From Microcoleus sp. (lineage in GTDB: Bacteria; Cyanobacteriota; Cyanobacteriia; Cyanobacteriales; Microcoleaceae), in assembly GCA_042408215.1 (NCBI GenBank), contig JAYFMW010000007.1, positions 160,001-224,000 of the forward strand: 64,000 bases of DNA, written 5' to 3'. Shown piece by piece: positions 54,301 to 63,787 of this stretch. Numbering within the stretch: position 1 is the stretch's first letter; the number at the start of each line of letters is the position of its first letter. A program made the translations under genes and the position numbers. The notes below the pieces were generated by a model. The model was not told where the DNA came from. It searched no databases and was given only the letters and a program-made list of their open reading frames with translations.

Positions 54301-55691
54301 TGAAAGGGATTCGGGAAGGAAAGGCGATCGCAGGTGTGGAAACTCGCCGCCAAAGGAAAGACGGTAGCCCCATCGATATCGGTTTGTGGGCAACTCCCAT
54401 CGACGACGGCAAGGGCAATATTAATTGTATGTCGATCGTCGCCGATATCAGCGATCGCAAACAAGCGGAAGCAGAACGCGCTCAGTTGCTCGATCGCGAA
54501 CGGGCGGCGCGGGCTGAAGCTGAAGCGATCAACCGCCTCAAAGACGAGTTTTTAGCGACTCTTTCCCACGAACTGCGAACGCCTTTAAATGCGATTCTGG
54601 GCTGGTCGCAGGTGCTGCGCGGTCGCCCGTACACGGAAGCGACTTTAGCCCGCGCCTTAGAAGCGATCGATCGTCAAGCAAGAGTACAGACGCAGCTAGT
54701 GGAAGATTTGCTGGATGTTTCGCGGGTGATTCAAGGTAAGCTTTGTCTAAAAGTCGGCTGGTTCGACATGGTAAATGCGATCGAGGTGGCTGTGAATTCA
54801 GTGAGTTTGGCGGCCGAGTCCAAGTCGATCGCAGTGAAGTCAAAACTCGATCGCGGCTTCGGATTGATGTGGGGCGACGCCCAGAGGTTGCAGCAGGTAG
54901 TATTGAATTTGCTGACTAATGCGATCAAGTTTACGCCGGCACATGGAGAAGTCGAGATAGAACTGTCGGCGGTAGCGCTTAATCAGGAATCTGCCCGCGC
55001 CAATCATGTTGCGATCCGAGTTCGCGATACGGGAAAAGGCATCAATCCTGAGTTTCTCCCTTATGTGTTCGATCGCTTCCGCCAAGCTGACGGCTCGATT
55101 ACTAGGGCTCACAGCGGTTTGGGGCTAGGATTGGCGATCGTGCGGCACTTGGTGGAACTCCACGGCGGTACTGTGTGTGCCGAAAGTCCCGGTGAAGGCA
55201 AAGGTGCCACTTTTACGGTGACGCTACCGCTGAAACAACCGAAAAGCCAGAAGTTACAGTTGAGAGGGGACAGGAATTTCGAGGAAACGCGATCGCGCGA
55301 TCTCGATGGGTTAACTGTTTTGGTCGTTGATGACGAACCAGACAACCGCGAGTTTTTGAAAGTCGCCCTTGAAGAGTCCGGGGCCAGTGCGATCGTGGCT
55401 GCAACGGTTGCGGAGGCGATCGAGATTTTAGCACAGTCCCAGCCCGATATTTTAGTCAGCCACATCGGTATGTCGAGCGAAGATGGCTACTCCCTAATCC
55501 GCAAAATCCGAGCCTCGGAATCCGGCACAACCAAGCGCTTGCCAGCAGTAGCGCTGACCGCTTATGCTAGCGAAACAGACCGCACTATGGCTCTCGCAGA
55601 AGGCTATGACGAACACTTAACAAAGCCGATCGAACCGGCTGTATTCGCAGCAGTTTTAGCCAAGATCTCCGAGTCCAGAAATAGTTTTTAA
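51330..55691 (+). CDS. Multi-PAS/GAF hybrid histidine kinase with receiver domain
   Basis: Several PAS/PAC repeats, GAF, H-box FLATLSHELRTPL, N/G boxes, receiver VLVVDDE. Confidence 0.93.
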   Translation: MSLFQVLPLPIKPYGISRFATGSALLLTTLLLFALKANAVILFFAAAMVTAWYAGLKSTEKRLEKERASLITSISKVMGTATCLIVVLDKEGRIVRFNQVCEKTTGYSFAEVENKFVWDVFLISEELDPVQRIFTQLKTEDVSSQYENYWLTKNGEMRLINWSNTVIFDGDGLVEYVIATGIDVTDSQQAEIALAVSYDQLETRVKQRTAELTVAKEALQAQEERFRCLSSCSPVGIFMADIQGCCTYANPRCQAIYDMSFEELVGGGWQNCIHPEDRELVLTQWQDYTREGSEYAMEYRLQTSEGIVRWVNVSCSPMFSDSGELMGHVGTVRDVTERQQAQAALSTSEQQLRTLLENTPDIIIRTDKELRYVYVNQAVERTQGQPAQHFIGKTSQELGMPPELCQIWDETLHKVLENGREEIIEFQAPSSSGIRSYQSRIVPEFDQAGAIQYALIVARDITELKLAEVQKAQLTIEQAAREKAEIQQQRAAFLAEVSKMLAAAFDRETVLQKVAELAVPIVADGCYIHLTERDGTVHQVALAHTEIGMVNAVNKLRIRNPLDEIFVHGYPLVIRTGKSELITEVNQEILAAGAENEAELEVLRPLNICSHACVPMTARGRVIGAISCFTSKSGRRYNSEDLAMLEDLAYHVAIALDNARLYAEAQQALAQTSESFALIDSLLEASPLGICFLDREMRYIRINQVLAELNGLPTAEHLGQDFRQLLPEYAAKYAPLIQQVLETGQPLLNVEISGESKGKPGDFRHWVGNYYPVKNASGKILGAGIILTDITVAKQTEIALRESERRFRSVVESNMIGIGFWDKKGAITEANDALLKMIGYTREELVSGNLSWSELTPPEYEYLDTKAIAEIAATGYCTPFEKAYIRKDGSRFPVLAGGGHFQGCQDQGSFFVLDISDRKLAEAARSSINQTLEALIRACPLAITVFSAHDYRVKMWNPAAERIFGWSESEVLGNFLPSVPPDKQQEFTANLKGIREGKAIAGVETRRQRKDGSPIDIGLWATPIDDGKGNINCMSIVADISDRKQAEAERAQLLDRERAARAEAEAINRLKDEFLATLSHELRTPLNAILGWSQVLRGRPYTEATLARALEAIDRQARVQTQLVEDLLDVSRVIQGKLCLKVGWFDMVNAIEVAVNSVSLAAESKSIAVKSKLDRGFGLMWGDAQRLQQVVLNLLTNAIKFTPAHGEVEIELSAVALNQESARANHVAIRVRDTGKGINPEFLPYVFDRFRQADGSITRAHSGLGLGLAIVRHLVELHGGTVCAESPGEGKGATFTVTLPLKQPKSQKLQLRGDRNFEETRSRDLDGLTVLVVDDEPDNREFLKVALEESGASAIVAATVAEAIEILAQSQPDILVSHIGMSSEDGYSLIRKIRASESGTTKRLPAVALTAYASETDRTMALAEGYDEHLTKPIEPAVFAAVLAKISESRNSF

Positions 55692-55697
55692 TCTGTT

Positions 55698-55905
55698 TTG
55701 ACATACTCACCGCCCTAAAAACTGCGGTGGTTGCTGAGCCTAGTCGAAGTATGATTCTTGACACTTCCGAAAGGCGAAGCTACCGAAAGTAGTCTGACTC
55801 TCCTGAAATGTCCATTTAGAGTCGTGGCGATGCCTCATCCCGACTTTTCTCAATTTTAGCTGAAAGCCGTCCTAGAAGGACGGGGTTTTAGACCCATTTT
55901 TCTTG
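55698..55905 (-). mobile_element. Miniature IS605-family element retaining both ends and a TnpB omegaRNA-like segment
   Basis: Minus strand: TTTAT|CAAGAAAAATGGGTCTAAAACCCCGTCCTTCTAGGACGGC ... AGAATCA...CACCGC..TTTAGGGCGGTGAGTATGTCAA; no ORF. Confidence 0.8.
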
Positions 55906-56050
55906 ATAAACTGGTACTAAATTTGACCTGACTCTAAAATTTAGATGCGCCTCAGCTTATCCGATCCACCTGGGAACCGATTTATCCGTCAGGCGAACAC
56001 GGTTAATCATTGTCAATTCTAAAATCTACAATCTAAAATCGATCGCCCCT

Positions 56051-59000
56051 ATGCCCCTTGAGCCCCTCCATCGCTTAGTCCCCAAAATTGCAGGACAACT
56101 TCCTCTGCGAACCATTCTGATTGTCCCCTTCGTTCTGCAAACGGTAAGCGCCGTAGGGTTAGTGGGCTATCTTTCCTTCACAAACGGTCAGTCAGCCGTC
56201 GAGAATCTGGCGGAGCGGTTAATCGAACAAGTAGCAGAACGGATTAGCGTCAGCCTCGCAGCCAACCTGCAAGCTCCCCAGGACCTTGTAGCAGCCAACC
56301 GGAGCGCCGTACAGCAAGGAATGCTGAACCTCAACGACACTGAACAACTGCGACAACAGCTTTGGCATCAAACAACCCTCAACCCGCTACTCCAATCTAC
56401 CGTATTTGTAAATGACCAGGGCTCAGAAATTGGGTACGGCCGCCTACTCACTAAAGAACTTGTCACACAAGTAAAAAGGCTGACTGGGGAGGATTTGTCG
56501 ATCGGTACTCCCTTCCTGAGTCGCCTGAAAAATACCGATCGAGGTCAACGAAAATACTACTTGGTAGACTCAAAAGGCAATCCGAGAAAACTGTTTTATA
56601 CGTTTGGGATCGATAACCGCACAACTCCTTGGTATCGCTATGCAAAAGCCTCCGGCCAACAAACTTGGTCGCCAATTCTTGTGTTCCAGGTTGTACCCTC
56701 CTTAGGCATTTTCGCATTATATCCCATCTCTGATGCTACCGGAAAATGGCGGGGCGTTTTTAACTCTAATTATACGCTGTCGGCAATCAGTACCTTTCTT
56801 GAAAAGCTACAATTCTCACCGTCGGGACAGACTTTTATAGTGGAGCGTTCTGGCAATCTGGTTGCCACATCAACTCTAGAAACCCTCGTTGTGAAGTCAG
56901 CAAAGGGGCAACCAACGCCATTACTAGCCGTGAATAGTCGGGATACCCGAACGCGAGACATTGCAAGGCAACTGGCTCAGAAATTTGGCAATTTCCGCAC
57001 CCTGCAAACCACTGAGCAACTTAAACTCTTTAGTAACCACGATCGGCAGTTTGTCCGCGTGACTCCTTATCGCGATCGATATGACTTGGATTTGTTGATT
57101 GTGGTTGTCGTGCCAGAATCTGATTTCATGGCTCAAATCCGGGCGAATCAACGCAACACAGCTTTGTTATCTGTTGGTACGTTGGCGCTGGCGATCGCCA
57201 GCGGCCTATTCACTGCTCGTTGGATTACCACACCAATTTTGCGCTTGAATACCGCCGTCAAAGATCTTGGCTTAGGTGCCTGGGATCAAACAGTAGAAAT
57301 TGAACGCTTTGATGAAGTGGGAGAACTGGCAAATTCCTTTCATAAAATGGCAGCGCAACTGCAACAGTCTTTGGCTGAACAACAATATTTAAATGAAGCT
57401 TTAGCCCAGAGCGATCGCCAACTGAAGCAATTGCTCGAAGCTATACCTCTAGGGGTATCTATCCATGATGTGAGTGGTAAAGTCATCTATCTCAATCAAG
57501 CATCCAAGCAGCTCCTCGGCATTGAAACTTTACCCGAAGCCGAAACCGAGCAATTAGCCCAAGCCGATCGGGTTTATCAAGCAGGAACCGAGGAGTTATA
57601 TCTGGTAGAAAATATGCCAGTGATCCGCTTTATTCAGGGAGAAAAAGCAAGGGCTGACGTTCTGGAAATTCGTCAACCGGGTGGAAGAGTTCCGATAGAA
57701 GTTCATAGCACGCCCCTGTTTGATGACAGTGGAAACAAGATCGGGGCGATCGCTGCCTTCTGTGACATCACCGATCGCAAACAAGCTGACAAAACCCTAG
57801 CTAATTACAATCGCACCTTAGAAAACCAAGTCACTGAAAGGACAGAAACTTTACGGGAGAGCGAACGCAGACTGTCTACATTGATCGCTAACCTGCCGGG
57901 CTATGTCTATCGCGTTGCTAACTATCCCGACTATCAGCCTGAATTTATCAGTGAGGGCGTGTTCTTAGTCACAGGATATCGGCAGGAAGAATATTTGATC
58001 GATCGCACCATTGCTTGCGGACAGGAAATCCACCCAGCCGATCGGGATTCAGTTTGGGAAATTGTCCAGATAGCTGTTGCAGCAGAGCAACCTTATGAAT
58101 GTGAGTATCGAATCATCACAAAATCCGGTACTCAAAAATGGGTTTGGGAACGGGGACATGGTATCTATGCAGAAAACGGCGAAATTCTGTTTGTCGAAGG
58201 TTTTGTTACAGATATTAGCGATCGCAAACAGATAGAAGAGAAACTACAATGGAGCGAAACGCGGCTCGACACGATCGTTACCAATACCTCTGATGGTATC
58301 ATGATCGTCGATCGGCAAGGTAAAATAAATTTTGCCAACCCAGCCGCCGCCCAGCTATTCGACAAACCCTCTTCTGAATTGCTCGGCTATCAGTGGGGAA
58401 TACCTCTGCAAGACACCTCAGAGATATCGTTGATTGATGTTAATCGGAAAATCCGCACGGCGGAAATGAAGTCAACTCCTACTAAATGGCTGGGAGAATT
58501 AGCCTATATTATCGCCTTGCGAGACATTAGCGATCGCAAGCGGATAGAACAAGAAATCCGCGAACTGAGTACGGCCCTGGAAAATGGGGTAGAAGGAATC
58601 TCGCGGCTGGACCAGCAAGGACATTACGTCACTGTTAACAAAGCCTATGCCAGCATAATTGGCTATCAACCCGAAGAGATGAGCGGCATGGAATGGCTGC
58701 GCACCGTACACCCTGATGAGTGCGAAAAAATGATCGCAGCCTACCAGGAAATGCTCGAAGTTGGCAAAGTAGAAGCTGAAACCAGAGGCATCCGTAAAGA
58801 TGGCTCGATCTTTTATCAGCAAATTGTCATGATCGCAGCCTATGACGATCAATATAGCTTCATCGGTCATTACTGCTTCATGAAGGACATTAGCGATCGC
58901 AAATTAGCCGAGGAGGCCTTGCGTGAGAGTGCACAACGAGAACAAGCCATCGCTAGAGCGATCGAACGAATGCACCAGTCCTTAGATATTGCCACAATAT

Positions 59001-60973
59001 TCAATACTACAACCGCTGAACTGCAAGAAACCCTCAAATGCGATCGAGTCGTTATCTATCGGTTTAATCCTGATTGGAGTGGAGAATTTGTCGCCGAGTC
59101 AGTCAGCCCTGGCTGGATACCTCTGATACCAGAACAATTGCCAGAACAATTGGGCGATCGTCATGAGCCAAACAATCTCGTGGCAGACTCTAGTTGCACA
59201 GCAAAAACGCTCCCAGGCTCTCCTCTAACAGTGCTGGATACTTATATACAAGAAACCCAAGGCGGTGTCTATAGTCAAGGCGCTCTTTATTGCATGACAG
59301 AAGACATTTACAACGCTGGGTTTACTCCTTGTTACCTCAAACTTTTAGAGCAATTTCAAGCCAGAGCCTACTTAATTGCCCCCATCTTCTGTCGCAATCA
59401 ACTGTGGGGTTTACTCGCCAGTTATCAAAATTCTACACCTCGCACTTGGCGCGAAGTAGAAATCAATATTGCGCTGCAAATTAGCACTCAACTCGGAGTT
59501 GCCTTACAACAAGCTCAATTACTCGAAGCCACTCAACAGCAAGGGGTACAACTCCAACAAGCCGCCTTAGCAGCAGAAGCGGCTAACCGCGCTAAAAGCA
59601 CCTTTCTCGCCAATATGAGCCACGAACTGCGTACCCCCCTCAACGCCATTCTAGGCTTCTCCCAATTGATGCGCCACTCAACCAACCTCAATCCCCAAGA
59701 ACAGGAAAATATTCGGATCATCAACCGCAGTGGAGAACATCTACTGAATTTAATTAATCAAATATTAGATTTAGCCAAAATTGAGGTGGGACGCATTACC
59801 CTTAACCCAACCGACTTTGAATTAAGGAGCCTGCTGAACGAGATCGAAGAAATGTTCCAACTCCAGGCCCTAGAGCAACAATTGTCATTAATCGTTGATT
59901 GTTCAGAGCATCTCCCCCAATACGTGCGAACCGATGTTGTCAAGTTACGCCAAGTTTTAATGAATCTGCTTTCTAATGCGGTTAAGTTTACAAAAGAGGG
60001 AGGCATTTCTTTAAAAGTCAAACAACAAACAACAGACAACCAGCAACAAATAACAATTAGGTTTGAAGTAGAAGACACTGGATTTGGCATGGCTCCTGAT
60101 GAATTATGTCAACTATTTCAACCCTTTGTTCAAACTAAAACTGGGGAAGCATCCCACAAGGGAACAGGCTTGGGGCTGGCAATTAGCCAACAGTTTGTCC
60201 ATCTCATGGGAGGCTGCATTACTGTCAATAGTCAAGTGGGATGTGGCACTATCTTCAGATTTGAGATCCCAGTCAGTGCGGTTGATGCTGCTGTGATTAA
60301 ACCCAGACAGCCCTTACGTCAGGTAATCGCCCTTGAACCCAACCAGCCGCGTTATCGTATTTTGATTGTGGACGATCACCAGGACAATCGCCAACTGCTA
60401 GTCAAACTACTCAACCGCTTTGAATTTGAACTCGCAGAAGCTAGTAATGGCATAGAAGCGATTGAAAATTGGTCGAGTTTTGAGCCACACTTAATTTTTA
60501 TGGATTTGCGGATGCCGGTGATGGATGGGTATGAAGCGACGAAACGGATTAAAGCCAACACTAAAGGTCAAGCTACCGCAATTGTTGCTGTGAGTGGCAA
60601 TAATGTCGATGTAGCCGGAACCGTTATTCTCTCTAGTGATTGCGATGACTTTATCCGCAAACCCTTCCGAGAGGCAGAAATCTTGGACACCCTTCACAAT
60701 CATCTCGGAGTGCGTTACATTTACGCTCAACCAGAGAGTGTTTCGGAGTCAACTCAAATCGAGGCTCTGACTCCTGAAGCTCTTGCGGATTTACCCGCGG
60801 ATTGGGTTGCATCTTTAGAACAAGCTACGATTCAGTGCGATTTAGAATTAATCCTCACCCAAATTGAGCAAATTCGCGATCGGAATGACTCTTTAGCTAA
60901 CACTCTAGTTGCTTTGGCTAACGAGTTTCAATTTAATCAAATACTAGATCTCATCCAGTCAAAAATAAATTAG
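56051..60973 (+). CDS. Membrane hybrid histidine kinase: Cache-HAMP-PAS(n)-cyanobacteriochrome GAF-HisKA-HATPase-receiver
   Basis: Two TM segments, HAMP DEVGELANSF, PAS/PAC repeats, GAF DRVVIYRFNPDWSGEFVAES...DTYIQETQGG...PCY, FLANMSHELRTPL, receiver FMDLRMP. Confidence 0.93.
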   Translation: MPLEPLHRLVPKIAGQLPLRTILIVPFVLQTVSAVGLVGYLSFTNGQSAVENLAERLIEQVAERISVSLAANLQAPQDLVAANRSAVQQGMLNLNDTEQLRQQLWHQTTLNPLLQSTVFVNDQGSEIGYGRLLTKELVTQVKRLTGEDLSIGTPFLSRLKNTDRGQRKYYLVDSKGNPRKLFYTFGIDNRTTPWYRYAKASGQQTWSPILVFQVVPSLGIFALYPISDATGKWRGVFNSNYTLSAISTFLEKLQFSPSGQTFIVERSGNLVATSTLETLVVKSAKGQPTPLLAVNSRDTRTRDIARQLAQKFGNFRTLQTTEQLKLFSNHDRQFVRVTPYRDRYDLDLLIVVVVPESDFMAQIRANQRNTALLSVGTLALAIASGLFTARWITTPILRLNTAVKDLGLGAWDQTVEIERFDEVGELANSFHKMAAQLQQSLAEQQYLNEALAQSDRQLKQLLEAIPLGVSIHDVSGKVIYLNQASKQLLGIETLPEAETEQLAQADRVYQAGTEELYLVENMPVIRFIQGEKARADVLEIRQPGGRVPIEVHSTPLFDDSGNKIGAIAAFCDITDRKQADKTLANYNRTLENQVTERTETLRESERRLSTLIANLPGYVYRVANYPDYQPEFISEGVFLVTGYRQEEYLIDRTIACGQEIHPADRDSVWEIVQIAVAAEQPYECEYRIITKSGTQKWVWERGHGIYAENGEILFVEGFVTDISDRKQIEEKLQWSETRLDTIVTNTSDGIMIVDRQGKINFANPAAAQLFDKPSSELLGYQWGIPLQDTSEISLIDVNRKIRTAEMKSTPTKWLGELAYIIALRDISDRKRIEQEIRELSTALENGVEGISRLDQQGHYVTVNKAYASIIGYQPEEMSGMEWLRTVHPDECEKMIAAYQEMLEVGKVEAETRGIRKDGSIFYQQIVMIAAYDDQYSFIGHYCFMKDISDRKLAEEALRESAQREQAIARAIERMHQSLDIATIFNTTTAELQETLKCDRVVIYRFNPDWSGEFVAESVSPGWIPLIPEQLPEQLGDRHEPNNLVADSSCTAKTLPGSPLTVLDTYIQETQGGVYSQGALYCMTEDIYNAGFTPCYLKLLEQFQARAYLIAPIFCRNQLWGLLASYQNSTPRTWREVEINIALQISTQLGVALQQAQLLEATQQQGVQLQQAALAAEAANRAKSTFLANMSHELRTPLNAILGFSQLMRHSTNLNPQEQENIRIINRSGEHLLNLINQILDLAKIEVGRITLNPTDFELRSLLNEIEEMFQLQALEQQLSLIVDCSEHLPQYVRTDVVKLRQVLMNLLSNAVKFTKEGGISLKVKQQTTDNQQQITIRFEVEDTGFGMAPDELCQLFQPFVQTKTGEASHKGTGLGLAISQQFVHLMGGCITVNSQVGCGTIFRFEIPVSAVDAAVIKPRQPLRQVIALEPNQPRYRILIVDDHQDNRQLLVKLLNRFEFELAEASNGIEAIENWSSFEPHLIFMDLRMPVMDGYEATKRIKANTKGQATAIVAVSGNNVDVAGTVILSSDCDDFIRKPFREAEILDTLHNHLGVRYIYAQPESVSESTQIEALTPEALADLPADWVASLEQATIQCDLELILTQIEQIRDRNDSLANTLVALANEFQFNQILDLIQSKIN

Positions 60974-61275
60974 CTATGAATCCTATCAATTCCGGTTGCA
61001 CTCAGCAATGATTGTTAAAAGTTGACAGTTGACAGTTGACAGTGAGTCGAAAAACTGAAAATTGCGCTTATATAGCAGAGCTTGAACGAATCAGGAAGAA
61101 GTCGATGCGATCGGGAAATTCCGGGCAATGGTTACATCTTCCTTCTTGCTTCTTCCTTCTTGCTTCTTCCTTCTTGCTTCTTCCTTCTGCTCTAGCCATA
61201 TTTACTCCGAATTTATCCATAAACTTTCAGTCTTTTAAACTAACTTCTCGTAATTTTTTCCAGAAATCATATCTG

Positions 61276-61380
61276 ATATCGTTTCCGGTTGCATCGGAAT
61301 GATTTAACCGCAGAGGGCGCAGAGGGCGCAGAGGGAGAGAAGAGAGAGATGAATAATTCCGATGCTACCGGATTTGATAT
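61276..61380. mobile_element. MITE-like element enclosing a CGCAGAGGG arm
   Basis: ATATC..TCCGGTTGCATCGGAAT ... ATTCCGATGCTACCGGATTTGATAT inverted ends. Confidence 0.65.
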
Positions 61381-61411
61381 GAGGTTTTGAAGTATTTCAC
61401 AGCCATTCCAT

Positions 61412-61771
61412 GAAGGGAATAGTTTTTTTGTTTGACAGTCATGTTCAACCGTTGTGTCATGCTTCCCATTGTCGCTCTACTGACAGTTAAGCCAATTTTT
61501 TGAGGTAGTAAATAACAGAGTTATTCGAGAGTGACATCATTATTTACTTCAATTAATACCGCTAATACGAGCAGTTTTTCTGGCTTGAGTTTAAGTTGAC
61601 CCATCGATCAGTTTGAGGAGCAATATTTGGGGTCTGAGGATACTGTTTAAGCAATTTTTAGACCCAACTGAGAGCTACACAAAAACGAGGGGCTATTGCT
61701 TTTTGTGAGATGGGTTAATTGTGGTACAAATCGATCTTTTTTTGCCGAAAATCAAGAGAATGAGATTTCAT
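61412..61771 (-). pseudogene. Degraded IS630-family transposase, N-terminal HTH part
   Basis: Manual translation: MKSHSLDFRQKKIDLYHN*PISQKAIAPRFCVALSWV*KLLKQY.../LIEVNNDVTLE*LC..KIGLTVSRATMG..QRLNMTVKQK, with several stops and a frameshift. Confidence 0.8.
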
Positions 61772-62323
61772 TTTGAGTCTAGTATGATGCTTTATACAAC
61801 CATTCATTGCCATAAGTCGATCGCTCTCCGTCAGCGAGGCTTTGACTCCAGATTGAATTATGGTGCATTCTATCTTCTGTTCTATATTTTCCAGTTATTT
61901 GGAGTTAGTCATGTGATACCTCATCGGCCTGAGACAAGCTATCATAGCAAAATATCAGCCGAGAATCTGAAATTCGCCCTCGAAAACCTGCCCAAGACGA
62001 AACCCAGTTTTTACTTTACACTACTTTTGGTCTGGCTGAATCCGAGTTGTTTTAGGAGTCAATAGCCGTCATTTTGCGATCGTGTTACGAGTTGATTCAT
62101 TGGGATTTAGGAGCAGCCTGGATTCCTAATGCCGCTCAGACTTTGCTAATGTGCAGTCGAGCTTTTTATGCAAAGAAACCTAGTTTCTACCACTTCTCAA
62201 AAGCTATGCAACACCCTTGTCGTTCCTCCCTAGGGCGTGTTTTCTTTCCCCAGATATCCCCCCACATTCTTGCCCCTACTCACCCCCTACTGCCCGATCC
62301 AAGGGGAGCAGGGCGTGAATAGG

Positions 62324-62470
62324 CAGGGCTGTTTCATTAGAGCGGAAAATCGCGATTTTGTAGGGGTAGTACCAAGAGTGCCTACCCCCCCCACAGACGA
62401 TGTAATGAGCGTTTCAGACCCCAGGGCCGGCACTCTTGTCACGGCCCCTACACAGAATGAAACAGCCCTG
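62324..62470. mobile_element. 147-bp MITE with 15-bp perfect terminal inverted repeats and internal GTAG REP-like hairpins
   Basis: CAGGGCTGTTTCATT ... AATGAAACAGCCCTG. Confidence 0.75.
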
Positions 62471-62630
62471 GATAAGTAGGGGGATCTTCGAGGGGGAACC
62501 GAGAGGAATGTGGACTCAGAATAACAATCATTTGTCGCAAGGACGAAGAGTCCTTATTTGCTGAAATCTTTAAGAGAGGACTGAAGTCCTCACTAGGAAA
62601 TCCCGAAGGATTAGAACACCGGAATTTATC

Positions 62631-63170
62631 TTATTTCAAGTCCAGCAAACCGCTAGTTTTAAGCTTGGGATTAAACCGAATTTCCTCGGTAACACCGCGA
62701 GCTTTTAACTGTGATAAAATTTCATTTTCCACTCGGCGCGCTACATTTTTCAACAACTTATCTTTAGCAATTTCATCTGCCACAATGCCTTCATAACTTG
62801 CCACTTCTGCCGCAGTCATCACAGTTTTAGTATCTATCGGATCGTTCCAGAAAGCAGCATCGGCATCATTCCCAGTCGGTAGGGAACCGTTTTCAGCAAT
62901 CCAACTCGATCGGATGCTGTCTAGAATAGTGCGGTTTGGTCGATCGATAGTTTGGACTTTCAGCCAGTAGCACTGTAGAGGTTGGCGCACGAGATGCTGT
63001 TTGAGGCTGAGATAAATATCACGAGAATAGCCGACAAATTGTAGCACTTTATCCTTGTCGAAAATCCCATAAACGCCGATTTTTCCCTGTACGAACTCCG
63101 GCAATTTTCCCTCAGAGTCAATGTAGGGAATCAATTCTAAGCTGGCGAGGGATTGAATGTCTGATGTCAT
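62631..63170 (-). CDS. GIY-YIG nuclease family protein (conserved cyanobacterial type)
   Basis: GVYGIFD...QFVGYSRDIYLSLKQHLVRQP. Confidence 0.8.
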   Translation of the reverse strand: MTSDIQSLASLELIPYIDSEGKLPEFVQGKIGVYGIFDKDKVLQFVGYSRDIYLSLKQHLVRQPLQCYWLKVQTIDRPNRTILDSIRSSWIAENGSLPTGNDADAAFWNDPIDTKTVMTAAEVASYEGIVADEIAKDKLLKNVARRVENEILSQLKARGVTEEIRFNPKLKTSGLLDLK

Positions 63171-63221
63171 TTTTTCTGAATTGTCGATCGTTAATTATTC
63201 CAGCCGTTGACCTGAATTTAC

Positions 63222-63548
63222 CTAACTCTTAAAAACACGATAAATGGCACAGAGTCTGCTGGGCTTAAACACCTTCGCTTGGAACATAAAATTAGGCGGC
63301 ACATTCACGATCGCAAAATCACTCTTACCATGATACTGCTCAAATTGCGCAGGCATTCCCTTCGGCGTCTCGCTGCTGTAAGGTACTGGCTGAAAAAGTA
63401 ACTCTGTAAACTCAAGGCGCGAGCACTGCAATTGTAATGCTACTTGCTGGAGAAAGCTTTCAGCAGTTAATAAACTCAACAGTACAGCTTTAGCCTCTGA
63501 TTCGAGGACAAAACTGCCATCATAGCTTTCGATAATCTTGAGACCCAT
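63222..63548 (-). CDS. Hypothetical protein
   Basis: 108-aa ORF; NVPPNFMF...PSRLCAIY. Confidence 0.65.
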   Translation of the reverse strand: MGLKIIESYDGSFVLESEAKAVLLSLLTAESFLQQVALQLQCSRLEFTELLFQPVPYSSETPKGMPAQFEQYHGKSDFAIVNVPPNFMFQAKVFKPSRLCAIYRVFKS

Positions 63549-63787
63549 TTTCTGTATACCTGACGACTGATCTATCCTGAATTTTACCTTCTTGCGGCAC
63601 GATCTGAAAGGTCGATCGATTTTAGATTGTAGATTTTCGATTGGAGAATTGGAGAATTGAACCCACGGAGGGATCCGGAGACCCTGGACTCAATTGCTTG
63701 ATTGTCAAAAATTGTTCTGATTTCTTTCCCGATCGCTTTTATAGAAAGAGGTCGCCCGCCCCAAAACTCAGCTTTTTAAGGCACGGG

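Noticed and set aside
61721..62479. Plus-strand ORFs of 80-114 aa
   Set aside because: No motifs; they overlap the IS630 remnant and MITE/REP sequence
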